64,000 bases of DNA. Origin: Phoronis australis (taxonomy: Eukaryota; Animalia; Phoronida). The DNA lies in contig NMRA01000132.1 of the NCBI GenBank assembly GCA_002633005.1, positions 496,001 through 560,000 on the forward strand, given 5' to 3'. The number at the start of each line of letters is the position of its first letter. Positions within the stretch are counted from its first letter, which is position 1. The notes beneath the pieces were generated by a model. The model saw only the letters and a program-made list of their open reading frames with translations, was not told the DNA's origin and made no database searches. Shown piece by piece: positions 10,045 through 24,250 of this stretch. Position numbers and translations under genes: made by a program.

Positions 10045-12750
10045 CTAAAAATAAATAAATTCGTGGTGTTGTTTCGTATCAAGCCTATATTATCATTAGT
10101 CTGGTTAACATCTCGAAAACGAGACAATACTATGCTACGACCTGATCTGTATTTAAACGTTTCGTAAAATTAGAAAAGGAACAACCAGCAATAGAAATCG
10201 TCAAACAGCAATTTATCAATATTTGTCTCAGAAAAGGACAGGAATATGAGACTATTTGAAGTGTCAAAATATGCATACAAATCACACCGTGGCTTGGTGG
10301 GGTAAAAATCTGACGAAATGGCATAGTTTGCGAGTAGTACACCAGATTTTAGCGCTAAAACATCCTGGGTGCGAGACAATTTGTGAACCAACAATGCTGC
10401 ATAGCCTACGGGCGTATGGGTAGAAATGCGTGAAAATCTATTATACATAAAAAACGATTCGTTTGTAATCGGTGCAACGTAATCAAATGAAAGATATGTT
10501 CATGCATAGAGCTAGAGTAACAGGAATGCCAACTCCCGCGAATCAGTAATGCTTTCTAGTGGAAGAGCTTATGACCTCGAGATATCACGGGGTTGAAAGC
10601 AAGAATTTCGTTTCCGGTATAAGGGTGTGCACCAGGCTAAAATGACAGGTCACGTGTTTGTAGCAGCTTTCACATAGAATTTCTCGTACCTGATAACTAA
10701 GGGTTTCCATTTTACAAACTAGGGCAGTCATCTTCATCGGTTCCTTTTCACATGAAAACGCTTGCCTGATTTTGGAATTGACTGTCAGATTTGATATTGA
10801 TGTTTTATTGGCCAGCCCGTAAACACCAGACTTGTTTGATACGCCGAAGACTACAAAGTCCTCGATGCTTGGTTAGTCACTGTACTCCTCAAACACCAAC
10901 AAACATTCAGTTCCTGCTTGCCATTTTAGGTGTGATACCACGTGTAGTTCTAAAGCTTGGGCAAGAAAATATATCCCGTTGATCAAATCTAACACTCAGT
11001 TCTGTCATTGATTAAGTACTATTTGGTATTTTATCTTTGGTTCTCTACCGTTTCATGGTATATGTCTTCAATGTCTCAGACATGTGACCTGGCCCTGACA
11101 AGGTCCAGGCCCTGGTTGAAATGGCGTCCCCCTAGAACCTGGACGAGCTCTGGCCATTTCTTGAGATGGCAACTAAAGAATAATATTACCTAAACTGGCG
11201 AGTGTAAGTAGACCTACTGACAAACAATGAAGAAGAAACTGTCATGGACCTAGTCAAGCGACAGCGATGCAGGTTATTAAGAAACTGGTCCTTACACTGT
11301 ATGACCCACATAAGGGTCTACAGCCTTGGATCCAAGATGGAGGGCATGCAGCTTATGCTAGTTGATCTCTTACCGACGCTGAGTCGAGATACGCGCAGAT
11401 TGACAAAGAGCTATCGACTGTCGTTTTGGTGGAACTCGAGCAGTTCTAAAACCTCATTTACGGTCGAGAATTCCATCTGGTAACAGACCACAAGCCCGTC
11501 GTGGCCATCAAGTCCAAGTGTCTATCTAGTGCACCAAGGCGGCTACAGGTTCTCCTGCTCTGCACGCAGAAGTACATGTTCAAACTCATCAACAGTTCTG
11601 GCAAGCCCATTCTTCTTCCAGCGAGTTGTACCGACAAACCTACTACTGAACTCGTTAAAATGAGCGCCGTCTCAATTATACCCGACCTTAACAATATCCT
11701 AGGGACGCGACTGACAATAAATGAAAGAGCTAATACCCTGAAGGCGAAGACCTTGAAGGAGCGGTCTTCGCCTCGCAGCGAAACACTGCATGCCGTCGAA
11801 TCGTAGTTTCAGTACGGCGACGAACCAAGACGGCGTTTTGCTCAGAGGCAATCGCACCATGATTCTCACTTCCTTCTACTTTGACATCAACAAGAAAGTA
11901 CAAGATAAACATCAAATCTATAACAAGCTAGACAACTTTTATATGTCCACCGACATTGGACAGTTTGCAGATTTCTGGGACGTATGTGCGACATTCAGCC
12001 ACGGACACCAATCTGAGATTCTCGAGCATCCCTGGTAGAAACTGGAGACCAATCTATTTACGTATCATGGCTGTAATTACCTCGTGACAATCGACTATTT
12101 CAGTCAAGTCTTTGAAATTGACTATGTACCTGAGGCAACGTCGTCCACGATTATCAGTAAATTGAAACAGCACGTTACTAAACATGTTATCCCTGAAGAG
12201 CTGATAACTGATGGTTGTCCCCCGTACACCTCCAACAGTTTCAACAGATTTTCACACAACTGGTAATTCAACCACACCATCAAAAGCCTTGGCAACAGAA
12301 AAGCTAACGAGGGTGTTGAAGCAGCTGTGGGAGTAGCCAACGACTTTTACGGAAGTTGGATGCTGCCAGGGAATAACCGTATCTTGGTTTACTTAAAAAT
12401 ACGAAATACTTCCATCGAAGGTTTGATAATCAGCCGCTTGGAAAAGGTACTTGGAAGGAAGACGAGAACCACTTTGCCCATAGTCAACTGCATTCCGATC
12501 ATCATCACTGGTAACAGCTGCAAGCAGGTCGTAAATGGAAGTGAGCTCTTCGTCAAGGCGCGCAGTGTAAAGATCTAAGACCACAAAATCTTGGTGATCT
12601 GGTTCGCATGTAGCCTAATCAGACTGATGAACCAATTGTGACAAATAAGTACAATGACCAAATGGGAGGAACTGTTGACGTAACCGCCAACTTCTGCGTA
12701 CCACCTCTGCCGAATGCGACGTTATCGCAAATGCTTCAAATCCTTACTTG

Positions 12751-12804
12751 ACACACACACACACACACGCACACGCACACGCACGCACACACACACACAC
12801 ACAC
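12751..12804. repeat. (AC)n/(ACACGC)n microsatellite
   Basis: Directly visible tandem units. Confidence 0.9.
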
Positions 12805-13088
12805 CTAATGGCTCCGGAACACCGGATGATCTGAACGCCACATGTCCATATCACCAGCGGCATCTAAATCTGTCCAAGAACCTTACGATACACGATCTGG
12901 AATAGCTGCCTCCCACCCAGTCGTTTGGACATTTGAATTTTACATTAGTTTGAAACGACCAAGCACGTATTTTCAAGATAGTGACAATTCAGCTTTTCCG
13001 TCTGTAGAAAGGGGGCGGTTTTATCGCACGTCTTTATTTCTGTCTTGTTTTATCATTTCAATATGTTAGCTTTTCTTTCCTTTTCTTC

Positions 13089-13099
13089 AAAGGGGGGGA
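13089..13099 (+). other. Polypurine tract of the gypsy element
   Basis: AAAGGGGGGGA downstream of integrase; AATAAA at 13241 in the presumed LTR. Confidence 0.55.
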
Positions 13100-14574
13100 T
13101 TTTCCGCAAATATAACATGTATAGTTTAAGAGGCGTCCAATAGGTGTCGAAGTAGGATAGTCTCTACTCCGTCTGACCACCGAACGAAGGCACAAAACAA
13201 GTTCCAAGATCAGGCAAAGATTTTTGTGAACCAAGAAGCCAATAAAGGTGACGTCATCAGCTCTGCCCGCGAAACAGCCACATAATTTTGCACAATGACA
13301 GCCTTGATCATGCTATCAACGTTCTCAAATGTGTTTGTCTATGTCTAGATACGGTTAGATTTTGAAATGTTGACTGTGGCTGGAAAGTTGGCACAAAGAA
13401 CTTACTGCCAATCACGACCGATCTGCTACCTGCTCCTCAGAAACTGCTGGAAGTTATTTGATGTGGTTGTAATCACTGTTACGGAGTTTCAACATAGCTT
13501 TAGATTTCACAGGATATGTCACCCCACCGTGGCTTACGTTGCAAAAATTAGGTTTGGGCTATGCATTTTGACTGTTGATTGAGTATGATGAATTTCCAAC
13601 ACACGACTTGTCTAAGTATTTTGTAGCTGGTGTTGACTAAATCAAGATTGATAGCTACTCTACATGTCGCATTTTATGAGCCTGCCTTTTGTCGTAAAAC
13701 ACAGTGTCTTGATTCACATCACTTACCGTTGACACGTTGGTCTCAAATTGTTTCTTAGTCGAATTAGGTGTGATTTTTGGATTGGAAATATCTGAAAGTT
13801 CTTCATTGACCAGTCTGTTCAAAGCAGCTTGTCACGGGTGCCATTATTTTATTCCTCTATCGTGGCCTTGTGACAAGCGGTCAGTTGTTTAGAAGACCAA
13901 AAATAAAACACTTTTCATACGAGTAAATTACAAATTGAAAGCAATTGCTGTGAATGGTCTAAATCAAAATTTAGCTTCCTCGCCTGAATCCGGGTTTATT
14001 GTCACTTCAAGAGTTGAAGTCATGACATTCCAGCAAGCCTGGCGTGCGTTCCATAGGCACATAACCTCGTGTAAACGTAAGATCACACAAGACTTCACGA
14101 CACTTAGATATGTACGTTCTACCGAAGTCGGGCTAAAGAAATTACGCATTCCAGATTTTCTTATACTTTCGATATATCGCCGGTAGAGCAGCTCAAGAGC
14201 TTTCATTTAGTATATAATTGTTTACTGTTGCAATTCGTTTAGGGGTGTTTTCTTATTTCACCTAGACTAATTTGTACCAAATCAAAATTCAACCATAATC
14301 CCTACTCCACAGCAAGAAACCACTACGGAACTAACGAACGTAAACAATTACCAAACATCTGCGGCGCACTCTCGGCCGCAAGAGATCAAAGTTGGCATTT
14401 CAGTTGGTTTAGTTCTATATGGTTTACGTAAGAACACATGGCTTCGTTAATCTATCCCTGGTTAATTTTAACTTTTGATTATTGGCTAACGTGACTATAA
14501 TTAAAGTGTGTACGTCTTACCATTGTTTCATTGATCAACACCTGTCTTTGTAAAAGCGACTTCAGGCACGCCTT

Positions 14575-15178
14575 ACCGGCATATGCCCTCGATGGTTCCC
14601 TGCGTGCCGAGTCAGCACGCAGGTATCACGCAGTAGCACGAGCTTTAAGTAAGTTGATGTAATCTCGGCAGTCATTGGTTAGCTTTACAACAAGTGAGAA
14701 AATGGCGGACTACAAATGATTTTTAGCCTTGTCAAGTGTCGTATAGAGCAGCAACTATTTCGTTTCTGCCGTAATGTTTAATAGCCGCGTGGTTGAAGCA
14801 CACACATGAACAATGAACACGCCGTCTTCTGGCCGATTTAACTAGTGTGTTATTCCTACTGTATGAATACAGGACAGCAACGTAAACAAGTCAGCGACAG
14901 TAGAAAGATTCACTCCGAAAAGGCGCAACCACAATTTTCTGGGATTCGGATCTCTTGAACATGAATTTCAAGCACCGATTTGCCTGTGCAATAGACCACA
15001 TTTACACTTCCTACACCAGTCATGCCAGTTTGTTTGCGCAAAGCGCTGCCTGTTGATAATTCGACCACCGAATCAGAAACGCCGGTGTAAAAATAAATAC
15101 CCCAGGAAAATTAAGTGATACCTGCGTGCTGACTGCCACCTAGCGACACGCAGGGAACCAGCGAGGCATTTGCCCAGT
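14575..15178. mobile_element. Non-autonomous TIR element of about 600 bp in the TPST intron
   Basis: Inverted ends CCTCGaTGGTTCCCTGCGTG..AGTCAGCACGCAGGTATCAC and GTGATACCTGCGTGCTGACT..CACGCAGGGAACCAgCGAGG. Confidence 0.8.
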
Positions 15179-15541
15179 CATTACTCACGTATTAAATGAG
15201 CACTTTGCTTTACAAGTCACGTGATTTTACGCACGTTATCCATCCACTTTTTCAAAACTAGTTATTTCGCAGTGAAGCAATGAATAAAATGGTTGAAAAA
15301 AAAAATCTCTTGTTCCTAAAGGAACCTTTATAGACATGGGATGTGTCCGATATGTTTTGTATACCGCGGCTTCTTTGTGATCTATAGTACAAAATGAAAC
15401 GAAAATGCGGTTCTATAAAGAAACCCTTGTCTACAATACTGCTTCTCACACCCAGTCAGAAGTTAATTTTCAGCGTTTGCATACCTGTTTTCAATGAAAT
15501 TTACATTAACTGTCGGATTTGGATAATAATATGAACATCCT

Positions 15542-15830
15542 CTGGGGTCCATTTCATGAAAACTAGGCTGACATAAGACTTAAGACAGAAATTTGGCCTT
15601 ACGCTCCACGTAACTATTTGCAAACAATCATTGACACTCACTTTGAAAACAATAAAGTATCTGAGAATATACTCATGACTGTCTTACTGAGAAAATCTGT
15701 ATAGGTTAGTTTCAGGCAATGATGTGCTCATGATCACGTGACTAAACCTTTATTTGACAATGGTGAAATGGGGGCATAAGAACAAATGTCTGTCTTAAGT
15801 CTTAAATCACTTTTCATGAATCACGCCCTG
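15542..15830. mobile_element. Harbinger-like MITE with CTG target-site duplication
   Basis: CTG|GGGTCCATTTCATGAAAA ... TTTTCATGAATCACGCC|CTG, with internal inverted TAAGACTTAAGACAGA. Confidence 0.7.
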
Positions 15831-15999
15831 TTTCGTAGTTCTGACCTTCAAAAAAAATTTGCAATCCCAAATTACATAAACCTAATCAGACATTTCACTT
15901 TGGCCCTGTGATATACTTAGTGACACCCGTTGTCTACTCCAGACACTCTACTTTATTTTCTTATAGTGGTTTTAGGACCACGGCTCATCCCAACCTTAC

Positions 16000-16901
16000 T
16001 TAGACAAGGAAATTCCGCCAGCTTTTCCAATGGCGTCCTCGTGGTGCAGCACGGCCTCGTTCCATTCGACGTCCAGGAAGTTGAGAATCCTGTTCATCTC
16101 TTTCCTCGGATGAAGAACGAGTTGTTCGTAGCGTACTGGCAAACACGTCCCCTGCTCTTGCTTCATGCACGATGTATACATTTTCTCTATGACTTTATTC
16201 CAGTCCCGCAGTGCGGCGGCGTAAGAGGTATGATTGAAGCCACGTATTGTAACTTTACGGGTGACAATTGAGTGCACAGTCGCACGCCCGTCTCGTATCA
16301 TGAGAATGAACTTGGAGTTAGGAAATATATTCAACAGACGCGGCATGGACTTCAAGGTAAACGGGTCCTTGTTGCAAAGACGCTTGGCTGGTTCGCCGTG
16401 GCCGACAATGATTGAGAGCATGTAAGCGCCCAGCGCAGAATCAATGACGTCATCAGTTACTTTCGCCGCTTCCAGCCGGGCCTTTTCAAGATCTGATTTA
16501 AGCATATGTCCGTGCATAGAAAGCATTCGTGGAATGACACGTGTTTCTTCTCCGCACCGGATATGTGGATGAGCATCCAACATGGCGCGAGCAAGAGTCG
16601 TCCCACTTCGTGGAACGCCACCTATCCATATAAGTGGTATATTCCTGTTGTACCTGACGTAATTGGATTCAAAATCTAAAGTATCCTTTGAGTTGCGATA
16701 GGCGTTGATGTATCGTCCATGTTTATTACTTTGGATCAGGTTGTCTGCGTCAAGGTCACTATTTGAGAAAATTCTGTAGATAAGGACAGGAGCGGCGACA
16801 CAGAATATCGTCAAAAGTAGAAGAGCCCTGACAGCTCTACGTTTCGCGGGTAACAAGACCATCGTGAAGAGTGTCTTTTTAGCATGTTGGCAGAACTTCA
16901 T
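16000..16901 (-). CDS. TPST: Protein-tyrosine sulfotransferase, first coding exon (type II Golgi membrane protein)
   Basis: N-terminal basic patch plus a TM segment; PAPS-binding [36 protein letters not shown] and RDGRA motifs. Donor AA|GTAAGG at 15999. The start could be M1 or M14. Confidence 0.97.
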
Positions 16902-19900
16902 GCTACGACTGTTGACCTATGTGTGCACAACTGCGCGCCTGCGAACAACAAACATGACAACTGTTAGTGTTAACTGGATTGTTGGTTTAGTTGAAAATCA
17001 ATACTTAACCCATCCGCAGCAAAGTAAATGAAGATTTGAAACGTGTTCAACGACACTTTGTAAGTCAAATGGTAAAACCTACAGTAGTAATCGATAATTG
17101 TTTTGACAAATTGGCGAACATTTTATCTTTAAAAGTCTTGTTTGCGAACAAATCTATGGGCAATTAATCGTAAACGACAAAGTGCAAGTAGCCTACTGAT
17201 CTAACAGCGTATATTGAACGGAAGAAGCGTGTCGAGTTTCAGCATATGTAGTTTCTTTGGGGAAGAAAATATCGTTAGCGTGCTATTTCTTTCTTTGGGA
17301 ATGACATTGATATAACTTTGGCTGTAATCTAGAAAGCCAACTAGATTGGTATTTTTAGGTTGGGTTGAAACCCTGTGCCAATGTCATTCACACCGCTACT
17401 TTTTGCCATCCACTGCAACCTTAAAGAATGAATGGGAGTGCAGAACGACACGTATAGGTTATAGGAGGTACCGGTCTGTAGAAGAATTGTCTGAAACTAT
17501 GCAGTTTTGTTGCCATGGCATCGCTACGTGGGCGTATCGTAACAATGGAAAACAAATAGTTGTACATCCTGAGTTTGAAAGAAATTGGAGCTTTCGCGTT
17601 TATTGCAGTCTCGTATCGTCATTCTCGGGAGGCTATTTTATGATTTTCCTTTTTAAGGAAATCGACTAAATGGTTCAAAATACTTTTTATAGTATATGAT
17701 ATATGCCAAAGGTTACCTTTAAAGCTAGAATGAAACTGCCCTCCGCAAAAAAGCTAACTCAACCATCACAAAATTGTCCTCAAATTGTTCCTTACTGAAA
17801 TCAGAATTTATTTCTGGGTTCAGGAAGAATTCATTGACGTAACTGGTCGAAACAGGTTGACCAAGTCGGGCTAGCCCAGAGGGTCATTTTCTAAGGCCAA
17901 GCATTACTCAAGCAATAACGAACTGCTAATTCTTTTAAACTCTAATCAAAAAACAGAAGATGGGTTCGTGGCAGCTTTATAAGATAAGCATCTTTATTTG
18001 TGCTAGAGAGCTTTTTGAATATAAAAATAAAAGTCAGTGGTATTTGATGGCGGCAGTTGTGTACATGTAGATATAGCCACCTAATCAGGGCGAAAGGCAG
18101 CTTTTAAACTTAAGTTCGCTTATAGCCTATTGCGTTATTAAAATTCCGATTTTCAGGAATTCGACTACGCTTTTGCACGGTTTTGTTAGTCTCACTAACT
18201 CGTGCTCCATAAGAAATTCAAACAATAAAATTTAAAATGTTTGTTTTCAAAAAATGTCATATTGAAATGCTGTTATTTGTACATGTTTTACTGCTATCAG
18301 GCCAATATGCTTGCGATTTGAGATCTCACTTGGACTGTTTTGTGTTAAGCTCTGCAATAAGAAAAATGAGTGAAACTTGGTGTCGAGATCTCAGAACCTA
18401 CATAACCAATTGACTGGCCTCTCTTCTTTAAAGAGATCAATCACCAACATCTCCTAATTTTTACCCTAAGTCAATCCAGGAGTGTTCAACACCATTCAGA
18501 TACCACAATTTTTCAGCGGCACTCAAACACTTCAAATCTCATACACTCAGTGAATTCAGGTGCGTTCGAACCCCTCAACTCTCATTTTGCTCAGCTCAGA
18601 CAAGAGATGCAAATAAAAATTGAAAAGTGTTGGGTGCCTTCAAAAATTAGACCGTGGGAAACATTCATATTTAAATTCCACGTTGAATAATAAAATTATA
18701 ATACTTATTACAGAAGATATAAGAGAGAACTCAGGTTACACTGTACTTCGAATTTGTTCTTTTCGAAGTAAAGACTTCAATTTCGATTTGAATGTGAAAT
18801 ATGGTGGTACGTCGCCGCAGCAACGACGGAAGGTGAGGTTGGAATGGTGTGTGCAGGCCCAAACTGTCACAACGGCCCAAACTGTCACAATTTAAGAATA
18901 GTCAGCATACGCGGCTCAATTTTTCAGTCACATTTTGTCAAATTGTTGCAACCATTTTGGGTGGGAAATTTGGGTCTGAACTGTTTTGCCTAAGTCCGTA
19001 AGTACGGTATTTATTGATCATATCCTGATCCAATACATGTTTGCGAAATAATGCTGTGGCACAGTGATTATACAGAACAATTTCTAAACAATAATGGGGT
19101 TGTTATCCATGAAAAAAAACATTACACGGAAACAAAATGTGCAAACGACATGCAGACGTTAGGATTACACCTGCTTAAAGTTAATTTTCGTCCTCCAAAG
19201 TTGGCTGAAAACGAAGATCGCATTAGGAGGCCGCTTACTCTCATAAAATTGGTTGCCAATGAAAAACAAAACCGTCAGCGACTCAAGAAAATGCTTCACA
19301 GTTTATTGGAATTAGTCAACCGTAAAATCGCGAATTCGAAATTGGTGCATGTGCGCATTACCTGTATATTGGGTTAATAACGGAAATGAAATCCTATCAC
19401 GGTAAGGAATGTTACTTCACTGAAGTAAAAGGCCCGTCTAATTCGATTTCCGTTTTAGTCAGGAGGCACAGAACAGTTCTCACTGGGTTTTTCCCACTTG
19501 ATTTGTCACCTTTTCTTCACTCTGTCAAAAACAGGATGGAAAGAATGACATGTTTCAGTTATTTCACATAAAAAGCCCTGCAGATGAGCGCAGAAACTTT
19601 ATTCTCTCTTATATTTTTGACCCTTTCAACCCACTGAAAACCAAGCTAGACTAAGAAAAATAGGGGCAAAAAAGTGCAAAATCGGCACTTTTCACCCCAA
19701 AAACACCACTTCCCTGCCGATGCACGACTAAAACCAAAAATAGATTCTGAAAGTAAATTTCCTACAGATTCCGAAAATGTGGTCCAAAAGTACTGTCAAC
19801 CAACTAGTTTTTTGGCAATTCTGGCTTGTTTGAGGGCTACATAAAATCGAAGCCAATTTCTCAGTCGCTACCCAGCAATGCGCAATTGCAACCGGGGGTG

Positions 19901-21870
19901 GCCATCTTGAAGAAGAGTGCAGCTACAGCCGAGAAAGTAGCCTTTTTTATTCTCAGCATGTTCACAAATGCAAACAAACCACATTCACTGAGCCTGCATG
20001 CAATGGCCACCAACAAAATGCCCCCAAACTTGGCCTACCCCAAAATTTTAATATTTTGGCAGTGCAAATTGGCCGCGGCCGCAGCCTAACTATTCAGTGC
20101 CACCTCAGCTGATCTGGGCGAACGGGTGTTGCTTTAGCATATCTGTACCGTCTATTTCCGTCTTTTTAATCTTATAGGTTGGCCTATAACGGCACGTAAC
20201 TGTTTTTTATGTCATGCCGAACGATGGTCATTTGGAATAAGTCCGACCATTCCGGGCGTCACCGTTGCCCAAAATCTAATTTAATCTCTCTGGCTTATGC
20301 AGATGAGAGTCCTGTCCGAGACATCAACACTAATTCTATTAAGAACTCGGAATCTCCGGTTTGTGCAAACACTCGAGGTAGGGGTCATCAAGTGCTAAGT
20401 TTGATTAGACTCTTATACGCGTACTTGGTAAAATTGGTGTTAAAAAGCAAACTCGAATTGGCTTATAGGTCTAATTTACGAAACCTGACGCGAGACGCAA
20501 TAGATGCAATTTGCGGCCTGCAACGTGCACGATATTTGTGACTAGCATGCAGCTGCTTAAATCATAAGGTAATTATAAACTTGACTTATGATTACAGACT
20601 AACCATCGCCTAACCAGCTGCCTAATTCCACAACCCTGTTTTTGTAAGCCACCATGCAGGAATCACCAAACCTGACAAATTTGAACAACGCAGTGATGTT
20701 CGCAGTTAACTAATTTAACGCGTTTATTTGATACACACAAGGGTATGTAATCAAATCACGGCCCATTTTATTTGCTGACATCTTTTAAACTGTAACAAGA
20801 GTGAGAAGGGATGGAAATGTAATTATGAAAGGCACTTTCAACAGTAAAACTCCAATCTGCCTAAATTGGATTTTGAACACTTAAGAGGTCGTATTAATGT
20901 GTGTCCGGAGTGTGTTTTGTCGAATGACACCTGGGAAACGACCCAAAAATCGATGTGTAGTGAGCATGTTTAAGCAAAAAATACGCGAGTGGACTACCGG
21001 ATCTTAACGCGCATATACGCGCTTTGACTTTATTTTATTCGTTTTGGGCCCATGACGCGATAAGGGGGTCATTTTTTATCGTAGCCACTTCGCAAAGTTA
21101 CGTTTTTCCAGTGAATTTTAAGGCCAAGTTTTAGAACGTAATAAGGGGTTTTAATTAGGTGACATTATAAAACTCTCACCCAGGAAAACTTCACCGATTC
21201 CATCATTTCAATCCAGCATCAATGCCACATTTCCAGGTTTTTCACTTATTGAATTCAACTTAATTGCAAGAGAAAATTGTGAGTGAACTCTAAAAAAGGG
21301 CAAAGTTCATTGACAGGTGAATCTAAACATGTTGGGCTTAATGCATTTTAGTATATTTCCACTCAAGTGTTATCACCAGGTCCCAGCGAAAACTATCGGT
21401 CGACAAGTTACCGAGTATGAAGATTGCCAACACTGACCCAAAGGGCAAGCGCGATGAACCAACTAGGCGAATTCAAATACGTTTTGGCGTTGGTCTAAAA
21501 ACCACCCTTCTCGCTCCCCCGTCTACATCCAAAACTACCTTATTACTTAGATTAGTTAACACTGTGAAATTGGTCTCAAATTGTCAGGTACTAGATGAAA
21601 TCAAGACCACTGTCTTTATTCTTAAAATATTCTGCCATTTACCGCTTGGGAGTTGGTTCAGTGGCAGCGCGTTCGGGTTGCTGCGGAGCTAATTAGGTCG
21701 ATTCTCCGCACTACTGCTAAGCTGTCTTCAATTTCTTTTCTCGACGAGAATGCCGCTTTAGACAGGTGATTTTTAATTCAAAAAATCAAAGTGGATTTAA
21801 GCGTCGTTTTCACTTAAGTCAAAATGAACAAATGCCCTTCGTTCTGCGAAACTAATGGCTGCGGAACGTA

Positions 21871-21880
21871 TCTTACCTGC
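21871..21880 (-). promoter_or_regulatory. Candidate donor site of a non-coding 5' TPST exon
   Basis: Strong GCAG|GTAAGA on the minus strand; an acceptor-like gttgttcgcag lies just upstream of the TPST ATG (AG at 16940-16939). Confidence 0.3.
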
Positions 21881-22378
21881 AAAATGTGAGCGTTCGCCAA
21901 GTGAAAGCTGAGAGCATGGCCGTCAACGTCGTAGGCTCTATGAATCTACGTTATCCGCGGTCTCGCGTGTAATCAATTTTCTGTACGCGGCATAAAACCA
22001 TAATGTTATTCAATCATTCAGGTCTATTGATTTGAAACCAATTAATGTTTTATCTTCTGACCACAGGCAGATAACATCTTCATCGAGATTTTAAGTACAT
22101 ATTATAACGCTTCAATAAGCTCGATCAAGAAAAACATGTTTGTCTCTGATAAACTAAGGAAACGCCAGTTGTGAAAATTGAAGCACGCGCATGTTGCCGT
22201 TTTCTAAAGGGACACAATCGGTTTTGTGACGGGAAAATGCATTCTGGGATTATTGATGGATAGGATAGAATTATCAAAGATATTAGGCTTTGACCACAAC
22301 TATATAACAGCAAAAGCTGGTGCGCTTTTATGATTTTAATACAAATCGCCCTTGTCTGCAAGGCATTCGTTGGCACTG

Positions 22379-22534
22379 CAGTGTTGTAGTGGTAAAATTA
22401 GAGGTAAGTAGGCGCCCAAAGCCCACCATATCACCTCGAGCACTGAATGCAACTTACGGTGCGTAGGCGCTATGTTCAAATGCCAAAAGGTGGTTGGCTG
22501 CGCCTACGTGCGCCTACGCCCCACTACAGCACTG
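22379..22534. mobile_element. Small hAT-like MITE
   Basis: TIR CAGTG(T/C)TGTAGTGG and internal inverted GTAGGCGC/GCGCCTAC repeats; no clean TSD. Confidence 0.65.
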
Positions 22535-23559
22535 GCTGGCAGGCAAAATCAGCGCTTTTAACTGGTAAACCGACCGTTTAAAATACGTTGGATATACTCT
22601 AACACTCGAGTGGGCTTTAGCGCCCTCTGCATAGAGTCAGAATGCAACCCGGCGGGAGTTACAGGTTCGCTCTCACGCTGAGGCTGATCTCACAAAATCA
22701 CCTTTTTGTCGGAAATGAGCCTTCAAGATGGAATTTTGAAAGATATACAGACAATGAGCGACCTCACTGCAGTCAGACGGCAAAATCAGCAATTTTAGGT
22801 TGATGGCAAAGTCGTGTTCGAAGCAGGCAACCATGATCGGATCACTTGTAGTTAAACATCCCAGAAAATTGGGGGTTTCCATGCTGAAATGTGTAACTTT
22901 GCCACAGTAAACACGTTTTTCTCAGCCAAAATTAGCAATTTCAGGTTTGAGAGTAAATTTGTGTTAGAACCAGGCGATCTCGCCCTGAGTGAACGCAGTG
23001 ACTCTATGTTGAAAGTTAGGAGCCCTGCTAAGCTAATATGGGCGTCGTTACCATGGTAAACAGGTATTTTCACGTTCAAGATCACCAATTTTAGTCTTGA
23101 TGTTAGAAGCAAGCAACCATGTTTACAACACTATAATAAGCTGCACACTTTTATGCCTCATGCCAACGAAAGATTGAAGAATTTAAACTACCTAAAGCAA
23201 TCGCTGTTAGCTCTATCAAATACATACCATAACCACTAAGACAAAATGGTTGCCAAGGCAACTCATGGACACAAAAACATGGGAAAGCTAATGTAATAAA
23301 TTTGCATAATAAATAAGAAAAAACAAGATTTGTGGCTGCTATGTCAAAATCAGTAGCATTGTTTTGAAAATGGTTGTCATGGCAACTAATGCCAATCTCC
23401 ACATGCTTCTTCAAAAACATAAAAAGTTTGAAATAATATTTACCTTTCGGAGGCCGTAGAAGCGTTGGTAGATGTCGAGCAATTCGTAACCGCTATCTCT
23501 TTTTAAATCCGGCTTATTTCACACAATTTCAACTAATTATAGGATTTTACGGTTCCAGT

Positions 23560-24250
23560 ACCGACGATCTCTAACTAATACATATATCTTGAGTGTGGAT
23601 TCAGAGATATTGTAGTCTGTATGCACACGGTGTTTTCCCATGACAAATATCAGGAACAGACTAGAATCAAAAATGTGTTACCTAATAATTGCTTCTACTC
23701 GATGTTCGATCTCAGATCAAACGTGAATAAGGAAATTGACCCGCACAATGTTAACATAGCTCTTCCGTTCCCTCACTATCTCTGGGAAAAACTAGGGAAA
23801 AAGTCTATAAGAGGGCACAAGGTGAGCACGCATCACGAACCGTTCAATACACTACGTAGTTTGTTAGTCCAACAGAAACACAAGTTAGATGACAACAAAA
23901 AGTGCGCGGTGGTACATGGGATCGAGCTTGGAATGACCAACGAAATTTGTTTGTGAGACCGCTCGGATGTCAGGAACCAGACTAAACGTACATTTTATAA
24001 TATCACCAAGCAACCCGTGACTACCATGGGACCACTTATACAATAATATAAACTTGAATCACAAAGATAAAACATATATAAGCAGAAAATAATGGTGCCA
24101 GGGAGAGGTTAATTGAAACAGCTCTACAAACATCAATGGCATGAACATGTTAAATTTAGATAAAATAGATCTATTTTTAAGTTTCTTTGGTACTGTATCA
24201 TGCGCTCACCCCTATTTGACGAAGTGGACAAAAGTCCGCCTCAGAAAAAC
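23560..24250 (+). mobile_element. Penelope-like retroelement 3' fragment (RT linker, GIY-YIG, tail)
   Basis: HEPFNTLRSLLVQQKHKLDDNKKCAVVHGI ... ETARMSGTRLNVH ... MLNLDK resembles KPxNTLRSxLVHPKDK..GVVYxI..GETxRxLxTRLxEH..LNRD. A degenerate hammerhead core lies at 24216-24250. Confidence 0.8.

Larger units (their letters stand above)
11090..13290 (+). mobile_element. Decayed Ty3/gypsy LTR retrotransposon (RT end, RNase H, integrase, PPT, probable 3' LTR) in the TPST intron
   Basis: Peptides PDKVQALVEM, AYAS*SLTDAESRYAQIDKEL, YGREFHLVTDHKP..APRRLQ and YLVTIDYFSQVFEIDY..IPEELITDG. Many stops and frameshifts; polypurine tract at 13089. Confidence 0.9.

Noticed and set aside
15930-16425. Plus-strand ORFs of 113 aa and 63 aa
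   Set aside because: They are antisense shadows of the TPST coding exon.
20295-20325. Hammerhead-like CAGATGAG..CGAGAC
   Set aside because: Both core boxes are mutated and stem II does not form.
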